Of a stretch of DNA of 64,000 nucleotides, positions 13,070 to 27,149 are shown one piece after another. Source of the DNA: Gracilinanus agilis (taxonomy: Eukaryota). Under the pieces are notes generated by a model. It worked only from the letters and a program-made list of their open reading frames with translations. It was not told the origin of the DNA and ran no database searches. Made by a program: the position numbers and the translations under genes. Where the stretch lies: assembly GCF_016433145.1 (NCBI RefSeq), contig NC_058131.1:631995373-632059372 (forward strand), given 5' to 3'. Numbering within the stretch: position 1 is the stretch's first letter; each line of letters opens with the position of its first letter.

Positions 13070-13265
13070 GGGGGTAGCTGGGTAGCTCAGTGGATTGAGA
13101 GTCAGGCCTAGAGTCCTAGGTTCAAGTCTGGCCTCAGACACTTCCCAGCTGTGTGACCCTGGGCAAGTCACTTGACCCCCATTGCCCACCCTTACCACTC
13201 TTCCACCTAGGAGCCAATGCACAGAAGTTAAGGGTTTAAAAAAAAAAGAAAAAGAAAAAGAAAGT
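13070..13265 (+). mobile_element. SINE1_Mdo-like SINE
   Basis: 13-bp TSD AAGTAGAGATTCC. Confidence 0.9.
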
Positions 13266-13849
13266 AAGTAGAGATTCCCCAGATTTTTTTCAAGCTGGGC
13301 AGCTTTCTGATCACATGGGTTAATGGGGATATGTTGTAGGATATTGACTCTAAACATCACCCTAGTGCAAGTGTCAATAATATAGAAATAGGTCTTGATC
13401 AATGACACATGTAAAACCCAGTGGAATTGCGTGTCGGCTAAGAGAGGTGCGAGGGGGAGGGAGAGGGAGAACATGAATCTTGTGACCATGTACAAATATT
13501 CTAAATTAATTAATTAAATAAAATTCTCCCGACTAGAAAATAAATAAAGTTGAGCAGCTTTGAAAATAGAATTTTATTCTCCTGAGATTGCAACTCATAT
13601 TAAAATGACATAATGGTTCCCCATTTTTATTACAAAAATGCATTGCTGGACAAAAACTGCAAGCTAGGTAGAGAGTGATCATGCGCTGCTGGCATTAGGT
13701 ATAAAAACATCTGGGGGTTACACCTGTAGTTGGCTGATTTTGCCACTAGGTGGAACTCCTACATTGGTATGGCAGAATTTGAGAGTTGGAGACAGGAGAC
13801 CTTTGTGGTCATACCATCTAAACTTTTATCCCATGAAGAAATATCCTCT

Positions 13850-15470
13850 TCACAATAGAATGAAGAGCTAGAAGGAATCATCTGGCCCATATCCAACTGA
13901 CGATTATTCAATCTCTACTTGAACACTTCCAGTGATGGGGAGCTCACTACTTCACAAAAGTGATCATGCTATTGTTGGACAGCACTAATTGTTACTATGG
14001 ACTTCCTTATGCTAAGCTGAGATGTGATTCTTGCAACTCCTTGTCCTAGTTCAGCCTTCTGGATCCTAAAAGTTAAATTTACTCCCTCTTCCATATAAAA
14101 ATTTTTTAAATATCTGAAGCCAGTCCTCCTATTTCTTCCCTCTTCTTCAGTTTTCTCATCCCCAGGGTAAAAAACTAATTTGTTCAACAGATCTTCATAT
14201 AACATAGTGTCAGGACCTCCTCACCAAAACCAGAGAGCATGTGTATCCCATACCTTTACCTCTTCTAACAAAGATCAAGGCATTTTAGAGTTGAAAGGCT
14301 CATTCAAGATCATTAAAATATTCAACATAATCCATGGAAACCACATGAAGAGTGGATAAAAGAAACAATAATTGAACAAAAGAGTGTTTCTTAGGTGGCA
14401 CCTAATGAGACAATCAGCGAAATGCAAAGAGGTGAAAAGAGAACTGCTTGTCTCTATAATGATAATAATAATAATAATGATAATGATAATAATAATAATA
14501 AACCTAGCATTTATACTATACTTTTAAGTGTTTGAAAAGATATTGTCTTGTTTTATCCTGTACTCATTATTTAATGTTACCACTAATGCCACTATTGCAT
14601 GACAGCTGGTATCTGCCACCTAGATTGTTCTTTATAAAGGATGGATGACAAAATAACTCCTAACTGCTCTTCTTAGTCCAGTCCATTCTTCACACTGGGT
14701 AATCTTCTTAACAAACTGCTCTATTCCAGTCTTCAGAGGCCTACTGAAATAAAGCAATAGCTACTTGCTTTCATATAGCATTTTAAACTTGGAGATCAGC
14801 AGAATATGGATTAGTGTTAGAATTATTCCCATTTTACAGATGAGGAAACTGAAGCTTAGATATTCTCAAAATCACAAATTCACAGAGCTGAAAAAGACCT
14901 CGAAGGCCATCTAGGCCAACCTACCTGAAGTGTGATCATCCATCATTCACTTGGAGACATCAAACCTAAATTTGCCTTTTTACAATTTGCTCTCATTTCT
15001 CCTAGTGATTGCCTTCTCTGGTCAGTCCACATCCATCTAATCCCTCTCCCATTAGTAATACTGAAAGATGTTCAACCTGTTCCCCAAAGTCTTGTCTTCT
15101 CCAGACAAATGTGGCCAGGCTACTCAGATCCTTCCTCTGGAAGCTCTTCAGATTATCTAGGACCTTCTTAAAATGAGGCACCCCAGAATGAACACCATTC
15201 TCCAGATGCAATCTAACAAAGCATAGCCTAACAGAGCCATCTAAGAGCCTCAGATGGCACTATATTTCCAGACTGAACTCAAGAGTTCAATAAAACTCCC
15301 AGATCTTTTTCAGATAAACTTAAATCTAGATACCTACCCATCATCTTATAAAGGTAAAGTTGATTTTTTTTAATTGAATGTAAAATTATATATTTATTCC
15401 TATCAGATTTCCTCTTATTTGACATGATCCACTGTCAAGATCCTTTGGGACTTCGGCTGCAAATCCAACA
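13850..15470 (-). mobile_element. CR1/L3 fragments (two blocks, MIR between)
   Basis: Reverse of CR1 3' motifs, e.g. AAAATGAGGCACCCCAGAATGAACACCATTCTCCAGATG. Confidence 0.65.
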
Positions 15471-15659
15471 TGTACAGCATAACATAGAATGGAGAAAATA
15501 ATAGATTTGGAATCAAAAACTTAGGTCCAAATCCTGGCTCTGCCATTCACTGTCTATGTGACTAAAGAAAAGTATTTTTAACCTCTCTTGCTCTCAGCAT
15601 CTTCATCTAAAAATGAGGAAAATGGGAATTTTAGCTCATATTAACATTTTGGCATCCAG

Positions 15660-18600
15660 TCCCCAAGGAAACTACCATTAGAAGGGAAGGAGTCAGAAAA
15701 GGAATAGGGGGGGAAAACAGGAAGAAAAAAAAAGCTGAAATTACTAAAGATCTCAGGAAGAAAACTCAGTGACCTTGAATATAAAGGGAGAAACCAACTG
15801 GAAAAACATTAAAAAGAGAAGGAAATATGGCCTCTAGATCTAGTAAACAAATTCAGGAATCTATGAATAAATATTGCCAAACAAAAGAAAATGATCCAAC
15901 ATTTGATAAGAGAAGGTCCTGTGTAATATGAAAACATGGAACCACAGCATGTTCCTGAGTGGTTCAAAAGAGAAATGAGAATTATAAAAGCAGAATTTAT
16001 GCTGCACAGAAAAAATAATGGGCAGAGTAGAAAAAAAATGGAATCTGTGATTAAAAAGTATCACCGAAGAAAAAAGAGAAAGCAATAGATTGGAAAGCAA
16101 ATATACAGAAGAGAACAATCATTTAGAAGAGAAGGGAAAAGCAATAACATTCAAAGAAAACATGTTGCATATGTAAACAAAACACATTAATCTCAAAGAG
16201 AAGATGTGCAAAGATAATCTAAGGAACACAGGTTTCCCAAAAAGAATATGACAGGGCAAAAAACTTTAATATCTTAGTTCAGGAAATAATAGAAGAAAAT
16301 GCCCAAAGCTTCTAAACATAGAAAACCAAATATCAGTTGAAAGAATGGATAGGTCACCTAAAAAAAAAACAAAATTAAGAACTCCAAGACAAACAATGGT
16401 TAAATTCAATAATTTAATTCAGAAACAACTAATTCTGCAAGCTATCAGGAGAAAAACAAGGAAAGGACATTCAGATAATGCAAGACTATTTTTTAATCCA
16501 CCAGAAAATAAAGGAAGGATAGGAAAAATGTGTTCTGAAGAGTAATGGTCCTCAGGATGTGAGTGTGACCTACCCTGCAGATTCAATCTTAACTATAAAT
16601 GAGAAATCATGGACATTTAACAATAAAAGAGATAGGTGAAAAAGTTTGGAGTGGAGGCAGCTAGGTGGCTCAGTGAATTGAGAGCCAGGTCTAGAAATGG
16701 GAGGTCCTAGGTTCAAATCTAGCCTCAGATACTTTCTAGCTGTGTTACCCTGGGCAAGTCACTTAACCCCCATTGCCTAGTCCTTACTGCTCTTCTGCCT
16801 TGGAACCAATACATAGATTGATTCCAAGAGGGAAGGGAAGGATTTTTTAAAAAAAGTTTTGGGGGGAAAAAAAGAATTAAAGAAATTATTTGTTTCTCAA
16901 ATACCCCAAACAAGAGAAATATAGGAGGAGTAATAAATGTAGCAGCCAACCCCAGCAACAACAGAGAAACAGCAGAGACCAGTAAAAAAATTCCTAAATG
17001 TACACAAGGAGATGAGGTGAGGGTGGAACTCTGTTGGAGGTAATAGTAGGAAGCAGGCATAGGACAGAATGGACTCAATAGCATCACCTTACAAACAGGT
17101 AAACTCTATGTTTTTGGGAGGTGAGGAGGACCATGGTATAAAATGGGAGAATAGAGAGGAATGTGTGATGTGCCAGAATAAAATCAAGTACTAGCAATGA
17201 GGGAAAGATGACCTCTGTGGTCTCGTGTAGAAAAAAGGCTACAGGGAAATGGATCAGAAAATAGGAAAAGATTGAAAGGGGAAGAAAGGAAGGTGACCTT
17301 ACTTTGGAGGTGGAAGGGAGTTCCACTGACAAATATTCCTATGGATGAAGAGGGATGAGGACCTTATACTGAAAGAGGTTGGGAATTTGGTGTTTGAAAA
17401 TCTACTAATCTTATGAGAGGGAGGGGTAGTGAGTTGGAACCAACTCGTAGGCAAATGGCACTTGGAGGAGTGGAAATGGGAGAGTATGAACCTAGGGAGG
17501 AGATTTTGAAGCAAATGAAGAAAAAAAAGGAACCAGTATAGGTCAGTGGAGGGCTGAAAAATCTGGGAAGTATAGTGGGAGGAAGGGTCCTGCCATAAAG
17601 CAGCGTCCTCTTTGATATATGCAATAATTGGCGTTGTTCCGAGAGTGAGGTACAACAGAAAAAAGGAGAATCCACAAGATAAGCAAAGCAAAGTAGTGGC
17701 AGCAACCACTTATAGGGAAGAGGCTAGACTGGATTCCTTGGAAGCTTTGATTACATGAGGAATACAGAGAGAAAAAAGAAAGAAAGACTAGATAGTTATA
17801 GAGGCAATGAACCAGAAAATCTGAGTCTAGAGTAAACAGAGAGGGTGGTTAATGAAGAGAGTAAGAGAAATCTTTTTTAGAAAGGAGCGTCAAAAAATTA
17901 AATTTTAAAAATTAGCAAAGAGGTCTAATTGAAGGGGAGGAAAAAGAGGGGAAATCACTTAACTAAGAAAGGAAAGGGGGAGAAGAAATAAATATTCAGA
18001 TAAAAACAGGAGGAAAAGGAACTAATAAAACTCAAAGGAAAAAGGGTAACAAATAAAGTGGGTAGGGAGGAGAAGAAAGCCAGTGGAAACAGGGTCACCT
18101 TAAAAAAGATTAAAGTAAAATAAATGAAGGGGCATTGCACTATTTGGCAACAGAAGAAGGAGGAAGAATCATAATTTGAAATAGACCCTCAATATTAGAG
18201 ATAGATGGAGGAAAATATAAACCTAAATCTTATAACCTTAAATGTGAATGGGTTGAACAAACCAATAAAGTGAAATAATGACAGATTGAATAAGGAAACA
18301 AAATTCTACAATCCATGACTAATAAGAAATACATTTAAAAAATAAAGATATAAACAAGATAAAATTGGGGGGATGGAAAATTTTTTACTATACATGAAAT
18401 GAATCCAAAATAGCAGGAGTGGCAATTATGCCATCTGACAAAAGAAAAATAAACATTCAAAATATTTAAAAGGACAAAGAAACTATATTATGCTGAAAGG
18501 AACCATAGATAATAAACCAATATCAATAATAAACTTAAACATTTCAAATGTTCCCACATTCACAAAGAAAACATGTGAGCTACAAAAAGACATTGACAGT

Positions 18601-18835
18601 AACACAATAGTGACAAGAGACTTTAATATCCCTCTCTCAGTTTTGCATAAGTATAACATAAAAGAAAAATGTGGAACTGAACAAATTGTTGTAGTAATTA
18701 GAGTTTCAAGACTTATTGCATTTTCTAAATAGGACAGCAAAAGAATTTTTTTCTCAGCACCATATGACACTTTTTAAAAAATTGACCACATACTAGGGCA
18801 CAGAAATAATACAAATGAATTTTAAAACAAAAGCT
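15660..18835 (+). mobile_element. Degenerate L1: ORF1, long spacer, ORF2 endonuclease
   Basis: ORF1-like A-rich remnant to ~16640. EN motifs ITLNVNGLN at ~18230, MLKGTID and DFNIPLS (ORF 18490-18732). SINE inserted at ~16653-16855. Confidence 0.8.
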
Positions 18836-19029
18836 ACAGATCCACATGAGGACTCATCATATAAGGTGAATTCAGAACTTGTGGCTTGACACATTTGGTG
18901 CTCTTTCCATCATACTGTGCTGCCTCAATTCAACAAACATTTATTATTTATTAACTTATTATATATTATGCATAACATATAATAATATCATTTAAAATAA
19001 TTATTAAGAGATAGCTAGCAGGTGTAGCC

Positions 19030-19470
19030 AGGTGGCTCAGGGGAAAGAGAGCTAGAACTAGAGACAGGAGGTCCTAGGTTCAAATCTGGCCTCAGATACT
19101 TCCTAGCTGTGTGACCTTGGGCGAGTCACTTAACCCCAATTGCCTAACCCTAACTGTTCTTCTGCTTTGGAATCAATACTTTATGATTCTAAGACAGATG
19201 ATAAGGGTTTAAGAAAAAAGAAGCAACTAGGTAGTACACTGAATAGAGTGTTGGGCATAGGAATCAGGAAGACTTGAGTTCAAATTTAATCTCAGATATT
19301 TACTAGCTATGTGACCTTGGGTAAGTCACTTAACTTCATTTTTCTCAACTGTAAAATGGGGACAATAATAGCACTTTTACCTCCCAGAGTTGTTGTGACT
19401 ATCAAATGTGATCATGTTTGTAAATTGCTCAGCAGAGTGTCTGGCACATAGCAAGTGCTTAATAAATGCT
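19030..19470 (+). mobile_element. SINE1_Mdo/MAR1 followed by MIR
   Basis: Two successive CORE domains. Confidence 0.8.
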
Positions 19471-21369
19471 GGTTTTCTTGCTTTGATTGTGGCACCGAAG
19501 AAACAAAGACAGAAATGACAAGAAATCCTTGAATTCAGAGCTTGCATTCTACTGGTTCTCTCTGGAACTTTCTTGGAAACTAAGTTTCTGGCAAATGGAT
19601 ATACAGCTCTCCTGGGATACATGGAGAGAACAGTGGGAAAAGGTAAAGTTCACCAGATTTTTTTGTTAGAAAATCTTAAGCATTCGTTATGCATCTTCAT
19701 CCCTGGCTGATGGCAGGTGGGTGTCTCTAAACTTCAGTTTCCTTCTCAGTAAAATGGAGACCACAACAGTTAGGCTTCCTTCCTTCAACAAGATCACACT
19801 GAACAATGTAGTGACCACGGAGAGCACCGTAGAAAGAAGGCTGGATTTGGAATCAGAGGAACCTGGTTTGAATCGCAACTCTTCCCCCCCTCCCCTTCTT
19901 ACCTGTGTGACCATGGGACAGTGACTTCAATCCTGGGCTCAGTTTCCTCATCCGTAAAGTGAGGAGGAGAGATTGGACTCCATGACCTCCAAGCTCCCTC
20001 TGGATCTAACGCTGTGATTCTAAGTGATTTTATTACCCATAGACCAGCCTAGTCCTAAAAAGTTACCCATAGAGAGAAATTCTCAGTTCCTATGAGATCA
20101 TTTGGAATTGCTTCCTATGATACCAAACCACAGCAAAAAAAAAAAAAATCTACTTCTGTTCTTTAGAGGAAATAGGATATATCTCCCTAAAGAAGAAATG
20201 AAAAAGATTTCACTTTTCCATTCAAAATGGTGGAAGGAGAGCATTGGGATTTCCCAAGCCATTGAAGGCAGAAGGATATGGCAGTGAGAGGTAGAGCCCA
20301 ACTAAGTGGTCTACATGGGGATCAGACCCATGACTTTGGCCTCCTTGGCCCAGTGCCCTGACCAGACAGCCCTGGAGGAAGGTCTGACAAAGGGCACAGA
20401 GTCAGACCCCAGCTTACCCCTGTCCGGCTGTTTCCCCATCACTTAAGTAAAAAGATGGCACTAGCCTTTAAATTCTGGCCCAACAGGCAAGTGATGGGTT
20501 AAATCAGAGGCTTTGGAGGGGCCGCTGAACACCCACCCAACAATCAATAGTAATCTTTTCCCGTTGGTGGATACCTGATGTATTTTTTACTGCCGACAGA
20601 CAAAAACACCCTTTGGCTCCCTGGGGGGAAATAATCACCCAGAAGCGTCAGCACAGCTAATGGTAAAAGACCCCAGTCAGAACACAGCCTCCCCATGAGC
20701 TTGTCAGCATTCGCAGGGGTAATAGTAACGCCAGCATGCCGTAGTTTTCTGTGGAAGTTTGAGCTTAAAAAAGACACAGGGTGAGGCACAGCTGAAGACC
20801 CACTGACAGGACTAAAATTTCCCAAGCTACATAGAAAGGATCATGGCCACATTTCATTTATCCCGAATCACCAGGGAGGGAACAAGCTGTTCCCCAAAAG
20901 CTCATTTTCCATTTAAATGAGGTTTCCCCTTTTTAAGCCCCACACTTTGCTTTGGATGGAAATGTTTCTAAAATATGTTCCATCATTCCCTGTCTTCCTG
21001 AACAGACCTACCAGGGCCTTGACTTTGTTCTTCCCTTACATCTGACCTTTCTGGCCTCAGTTTCCTCACATGTAAAATTTCAAACTAGATAGCCTCTGAG
21101 ATCTCTTCTAGTTCCGAATCTGATATGATGGTTCAGAGTTAATATTAGGAGCATCTATAGTGTACATTTCTACAATATAAGTTACTTTAAGGGTCAGTGA
21201 AGAACGTAGAAGCATTTGTTCCTACACGAATGCCCAGATAGCTATTTTCAGAAGCCTTTTATGGCAAGTGATTTGGTTTCTCAGATTCTCCTTCACTGTC
21301 TAGGCTCTTCTTAGTTATCCATGATGAAGCCACAAGGAGGCTTTGGGGTTCAGTGTCAAAAAGAATGGT

Positions 21370-22230
21370 CTTTTCCTGATTAGAGAAATGCAAATCAAAA
21401 CAACTCTGAGGTACCACCTCACACGGATGGCCAATATGACAGCAAAGGAAAATAATAAATGTTGGTGGGGATGTGGCAAAATTGGGACACTAATGCATTG
21501 CTGGTGGAGTTGTGAATTGATCTGACCATTGTGAAAGGCAATTTGAAACTATGCACAAAGGACTTTAAATGACTGCCTGCCCTGTGACCCAGCCATACCA
21601 CTGCTAGGTTTGTACCCCAAAGAGACAATAAAGAAAAAGACTTGTACAAAAATATTCATAGCTGCACTCTTTATGGTGGCAAAAAAAATTGGAAAATAAG
21701 GGGGTGTCCCTCAATTAGGAATGGCTAAACAAATTGTGGCATTTGGTGGTGGTGGAATATTATTGTGCTGTAAGAATTGATGAACTGGAAGATTTCTGTG
21801 TGAACTGGGAGAACCTCAATGAATTGATGCAGAGTAAAATAAGCAGAAGCAGGAGAACATTGTACAAAGAAAGTGAAACACTGTGGAATAATCCAATGTA
21901 ATAGACTTTGCTAATAGTAGCAATGCAACAAGCCAGGACACTCCTGAAGGACTTGTGGAAAAGAACGCTATCCACATTGAGAGAAAGATCTATGGGAGTA
22001 GAAATGCAAAATCAAAACATATGACATCACTTATCACATTTATATGTGCGCATGTGGTTTGGGGTTTTGGCTTTAAAAGATTGCTACATAGCAAAAATGA
22101 ATGATATGGAAATAGGTATCAAGTGATAACATTTGTATAATCCACTGGAATTGCTTTTGTCAGCTCTGAGAGGGGGGAGGGAAGAAGGGAGGGAAGGAAA
22201 ATGAATCATGGAAACATGGAAAACTATTTA
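21370..22230 (+). mobile_element. L1 3' end (ORF2 Cys-rich tail + 3'UTR)
   Basis: [30 protein letters not shown]. Confidence 0.9.
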
Positions 22231-22249
22231 AAAATAAAAATTTTAAAAA

Positions 22250-22800
22250 TTTTAAAAGAATGCATACCTTTTGATCCAGCAATACCACTACTAGGTTTGT
22301 ACCCCAAAGAGATTTTTTTAAAAGGGGAAAGGACCTCTTTCTACAATAATATTTATAGCTGCATTTTTTGTGGTGGCAAAAATTTAGAAAATGAGTGGGT
22401 GTCCCTCAATTGGGGAATGGCTGAACAAATTGTGGTATATGATAGCGATGGAATACTATTGTGCTATCAGGAATGATGAACTGCTTGATTTCTATATGAA
22501 ATGGAAAAACCTAAATGAACTGATGCAGAGTGAAATGAGCAGAACCAAGAGAACATTGTACATTGTGGGATAATCAAATATAATGGCCTTCTCTACTAGC
22601 AGCAATGCAATGATCCAGGACAATCCGGAGGAACTTATGAGAAAGATGCTATCCACATCCAGAGAAATAACTGTGGGAACAGAAATCCAGAAAAAAAAAT
22701 ATGATTTATCACCTGTTTATATGGGTATATGATTTGGGGTTTTGGTTTTAAAAGATTGTTCTATTACAAAAATGAATAATATGGAAATAGGAAGGAAAAA
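22250..22800 (+). mobile_element. Second L1 3' end directly downstream
   Basis: IPFDPAIPLLGLYPKE..CPSIGEWLNKLWY. Confidence 0.9.
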
Positions 22801-22899
22801 AGCACTTATCGAGTAAAAGTATTTTAATTATTAAAAAAAAAGAATTATCTTTGAATTGAAAAAGATAGAAGAGCTAATAGAGACTTACGAATACAAGAT

Positions 22900-24380
22900 A
22901 AATAGGTCCCAGAGGACTGATGGATGTGATTTCTGAGTCACTTCACAATGAAAGATCACAAAAAACAGAAGAGGTACCAACCATACATCTGTTAAAAACA
23001 AATGTCCCAATTTTTTAAAAAAGGGAAGGGAGAAGAATTTTTATACTAATGACCAGTGAATGTGGCTTTCATTCTCCTGGTAAAATCCTAGAAGGTATGG
23101 TTGAAAGGATGATTCATAAGCATCTAGAAAAGAAAGGGGAGAGGAAAGAAACAATCACTTATTAAATGCCAATGTGTGCCAGTTATGGTGCTAAACACTA
23201 GATACTATCTCATTTGTTACTCTGGGAGTTAGATGCTATTATTCATCCATTTTAAAGTTGAGGAAACTGAGGCAAGTAGTGAATAAGTGACTTTCACACT
23301 GCTAGTAAGTAACTAAAGCAGGAACTGAACTCGGGTATACCTGATTCAAGGGCAGCTAAATGACACAGTAAATAGAGTATTGAACCTAGAGTCAGGAAAA
23401 CTCATCTTTCTGAAATCAAATCTGGCCTCAGACATTTATTAGCTGGGGGACCCTGGGAAAATCACTTAATCCTGTTTACCTCATTTTCCTACTCTGTAAA
23501 ATGTACTAGAGAAAGAAATAGCAAACTACTCCATTTCCTTTGCCAAAATAATCTCAAATGTGGCCACAAAAAGTTGGTCGTGACTGAAAACAACTCAACA
23601 AAGAAAAATGAAAACTAAACTACTAGAAAATAGAAATAGAAATATTAAATATTGGGGCAGTCAGGTGTCTCAGTGGATTAAGAGCAAGCCTAGAGATGGG
23701 AGATCCTGGGTTCAAATCTGACCTCAGACACTTCCTAGCTGTGTGACCTTGGGCAAATCACTTAGCCCTCATTGCCTAGCCCTTACCACTTTTCTGCCTT
23801 GGAACTAATACACAGTATTAATTCTAAACCAGAAGGTAAAATTTTTTTAAAATTAAATATTAAAAGGTTTAGGAGAAACCTGGGAAGACTTATATGACTT
23901 GTTGCAGAGTGAAGTGAATAGAACCACAATGACAATTTATTCAATAATGAAAAAAATTTCAAGACAAGTAAATTCAAAAGACTCAAGAATTCATATTCAG
24001 TTATCAATCAGAAGAATTGATAGACCTAAAATGAAGAATGAGACATGTTTTTGGACATAAGCAATGTGGGGATTTATTTTGATTGACTATGCATTTTTGT
24101 TATAAGGATTTTGTTTTTCTTTTTCTTTTCCTTTTTCCAATGGAAAGGAGAGGTATGAGGGAGAGAAAATAGATACTTGTTTAATTGAAATATTTCATTA
24201 AATTTTAAAAACTTTTTAAAGAAAGGAAGGTGGATTAGAGTTTTAAAAAAAACTGAGTTAAAGTTCTAACTTTATCAGCTTACTAATCTTGTACAAAGTA
24301 CTTATTTATAAAATGGGGATAATAACTTGAATTATAGTTTTGAGGAAAGTGAAAAATAAATATGTTGTTATTATAATAAT
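22900..24380. mobile_element. Cluster: CR1 fragment (+), MIR (-), MAR1 (+), SINE1_Mdo-like (+), old L1 3'UTR (+)
   Basis: NVP-F-KKG-like CR1 motif at ~23000; CORE-SINE motifs at 23160-23850; L1 tail at 23860-24200. Confidence 0.65.
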
Positions 24381-24949
24381 AGTATAAAATTCTTGTCCAT
24401 ATTCACCATGTAAAAGAAAAGAAAATTAAAGCATGGTTGTAAGGGCATGAGTCACAAAGATTATCAAAGCAAATCAGGAATCCAATTTCTGGTCCCATGT
24501 CTATAAACAGGATATCACTATAGGAGGCTTACTCTAGGAGGCCCTACTTCTCCCCTTACAATTCAAGAGTTAAAGATTTCTCGTTTGGGATTCCAGGTCT
24601 ACCCTTTGTAAGCCCTGACTTATAGAAATCAGCCATATTAAAAGTATGCCCTGTCAGGCAAATTTCCAGTTCCCCACAATATTTCCATAAATTGTATGAT
24701 CCCCTGCCTTGTCTAAAAATAGTCTCTGGGTAGATTTCCAGACATAGTTTTGGCCTGTTCAAACCAAACATACCTCCAGAGGGTTATATAGTTATTTTAA
24801 AACTGAAATTTCAAAGAATCAGAGACTTTTAAAGTAGAAAGGTCATATGGTGCATTACTAGACTTAGAATCAACAATAAAGACCCTGAGTTCAAATTCCA
24901 TACTGTGGCTACGTGTGACCATGGGCAAATCATTTAACCCATAAGCAAT

Positions 24950-25790
24950 TAATCAGGAAGCATATATTTACTAAGCACCTACTTATATGCCAGGCTCTAT
25001 TCAGGCACTTGGGGTACAAAATTGAAATAGCCCCTGCCCTCAAGGAGTTTGGATTCTAAAGGGGGAGAAAAAATGTATAGATATCATATATTATACCAAA
25101 TAATTTCTGAACAAAGGTGCCAGCAAGTCAAGGGTGAGCCTCCTAGAGGATCTGTAATAAATCTGGAAAAAATAGGCTGGAACCAGATTGTGAAGGGTTT
25201 TAAATGCTAAGCAAGAATCTATATTGGATCCTGAAGGCATTTTCTCAACTTTCTTGAGCAGGAGAGTGATAAAACCTGCGCTTTAAGGATAAATTGCTTT
25301 GGCCCTGTGAAGGAAGAATTAGAAAGTAGAAGAGACTAAAGATCAGAAAATGAATTAGAAGGTTATTGCAATATTCCAAGGAGCAGTGATGAAGGACTGA
25401 ACTAGATCATGTGAATGGACAGAAGGAGACAACACCCAGGAGAAGTTGTGGAGGCACAGAGTCTGTAACATTTGGCCACTGATTGGAAACAGAGGAGTGG
25501 GAGAAAGAAAAGCTGAAGATGATTGCTAGGAACTTGGATAACTGGAAGAATAGGAGTAACCTCAGTAGAAATAGGGAAGATAAAAGAGTGGTTGGCTTGG
25601 GTGGGAGGAAAGAGGGGAAGATAATGAATTGTGTTTTGGACATATTGCATTTGAAATGCATATAGAATGTCCAGGTGTTAATGTCTAAGAAGCAGTTGCT
25701 GATGTGGGGTAAAAGCTCAGGAGAAGGACTAGGGATGGATATATAGATATGAGTTATCAGCATAGAGGATAATTAACTGCAGGGAAACTA
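24950..25790 (-). mobile_element. L2 fragment
   Basis: Reverse L2 terminus (TTTACTAAGCACCTAC..TGCCCTCAAGGAG) and purine-rich body. Confidence 0.75.
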
Positions 25791-26101
25791 ATAAGATTGT
25801 CTCTCTGAGATTCTGTTTCCTCGTCTGTCAAATGAAGATAATTATACCTGTAGAATTTACCTTACCAACTTGTAATGAGGATCATAAGATAATTTAAAGC
25901 ATTTTTCAAACCTTAAAGTAAAAAACATAAGTTTGCTGATCACACGAAGCCCCAGGATCTTATAGTCTGCTCAAGGAGATTTAAAGTTGCTCAGAAGAGT
26001 AACTACAGAGAGGAGGGAAACCAAATGAATAAAGTATGCCTGTTTTCTTAGACTATGATGATCACTGAATGGAGAGTCCATAGAATTGTTCCATTAGCAT
26101 G

Positions 26102-26103
<2 letters not shown>

Positions 26104-26148
<45 letters not shown>
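26104..26148. repeat. (CA)n microsatellite
   Basis: ~22 CA units. Confidence 0.95.
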
Positions 26149-26152
<4 letters not shown>

Positions 26153-26159
26153 CACAGAC

Positions 26160-26750
26160 ATTGCAAAAGGACAATGAACTGGGTATACAACTAAGTAGAA
26201 AGAAGAATTTGGATTGGATTGCTTTGGGGAAATCTCATAACCCTTTCAATAATCCTAAGCCTTCAATGACCCTTCTGGCAGAAACAAAGTCGCACATTTT
26301 TGGTAATAAAATTCCTCCAGGGATGCTATATAGCTACAAGTTTTGGAATACCACAGACTCCAAGGGATCAAAACTGCAAGTCACCCAAAGGGTAATGGAG
26401 AGAAGCATAGTGGACATAAATAGGCTACAACATATTACAAATGATAAATTAGGTTACAAATCAGCATATCAGATATCTTCAAAGAGATTTAAGACCAGAA
26501 GAGGAAATGGGCTAGCAATTTAATAAAACTCAAGGATAACAGAAAGACAGACTGTGTGCTGCATTGGTATTCCAAAGAATTTCAAAAGAATCTGGAGAAA
26601 TGATGCCAGCTGGTTGGTCTGCCCCACCACATCCCAAATGATTTATGGGAGGACATGGACAAGAATCCATGGGGATAAAAAAGTATAGGAGTCATCTACC
26701 CATTTAGAGGAAGTACCCACTTCAGGTAAAGCCATAGATTCATTGAAGAA
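26160..26750 (+). mobile_element. RTE-clade LINE, RT C-terminal remnant
   Basis: DNELG..WIALGK..ETKSHIF..MLY...WNTT..LQVTQRVMERSIV..RLQHITN. Confidence 0.8.
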
Positions 26751-27149
26751 GTTAGCACTTTTTCTCCATATGTTGTTCTCCAGTGTCTAAAATCTAGATA
26801 AATGCGGAGTTTTCCCTCCTACCATGTACTGTTTAAGCATCTCATATGAGTACTTGTTATGTATGCATCATGAAATTTTGGAAATAATACTAGACTAGGA
26901 ATTCATAAAACACAGTTAAAGCTTGGATCTGTCACCTACAGGACAGGAAAATTCCAAAAGGGGTCACAAAAAGTCAGACTGAAAAAGGACTGAACAACAA
27001 TAAAAAACCTACTTACTACCTGCATAATCATTTAACTTCTCTAAGGTGGTTTCCTCATCTATAAAATGAAAGTTAAATTAGAAAATCAATAAGATTCCTG
27101 ACAATTCTAAATCTTATAATCATTATATGTCATATGTTTCTTTTTATTT

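Noticed and set aside
12451-13495. 123-, 127- and 169-aa ORFs
   Set aside because: They run through L2, SINE and L1-tail sequence.
17084-17709. 113- and 136-aa hydrophobic minus-strand ORFs
   Set aside because: Antisense of a purine-rich L1 spacer, which yields F/L/S-rich pseudo-membrane translations.
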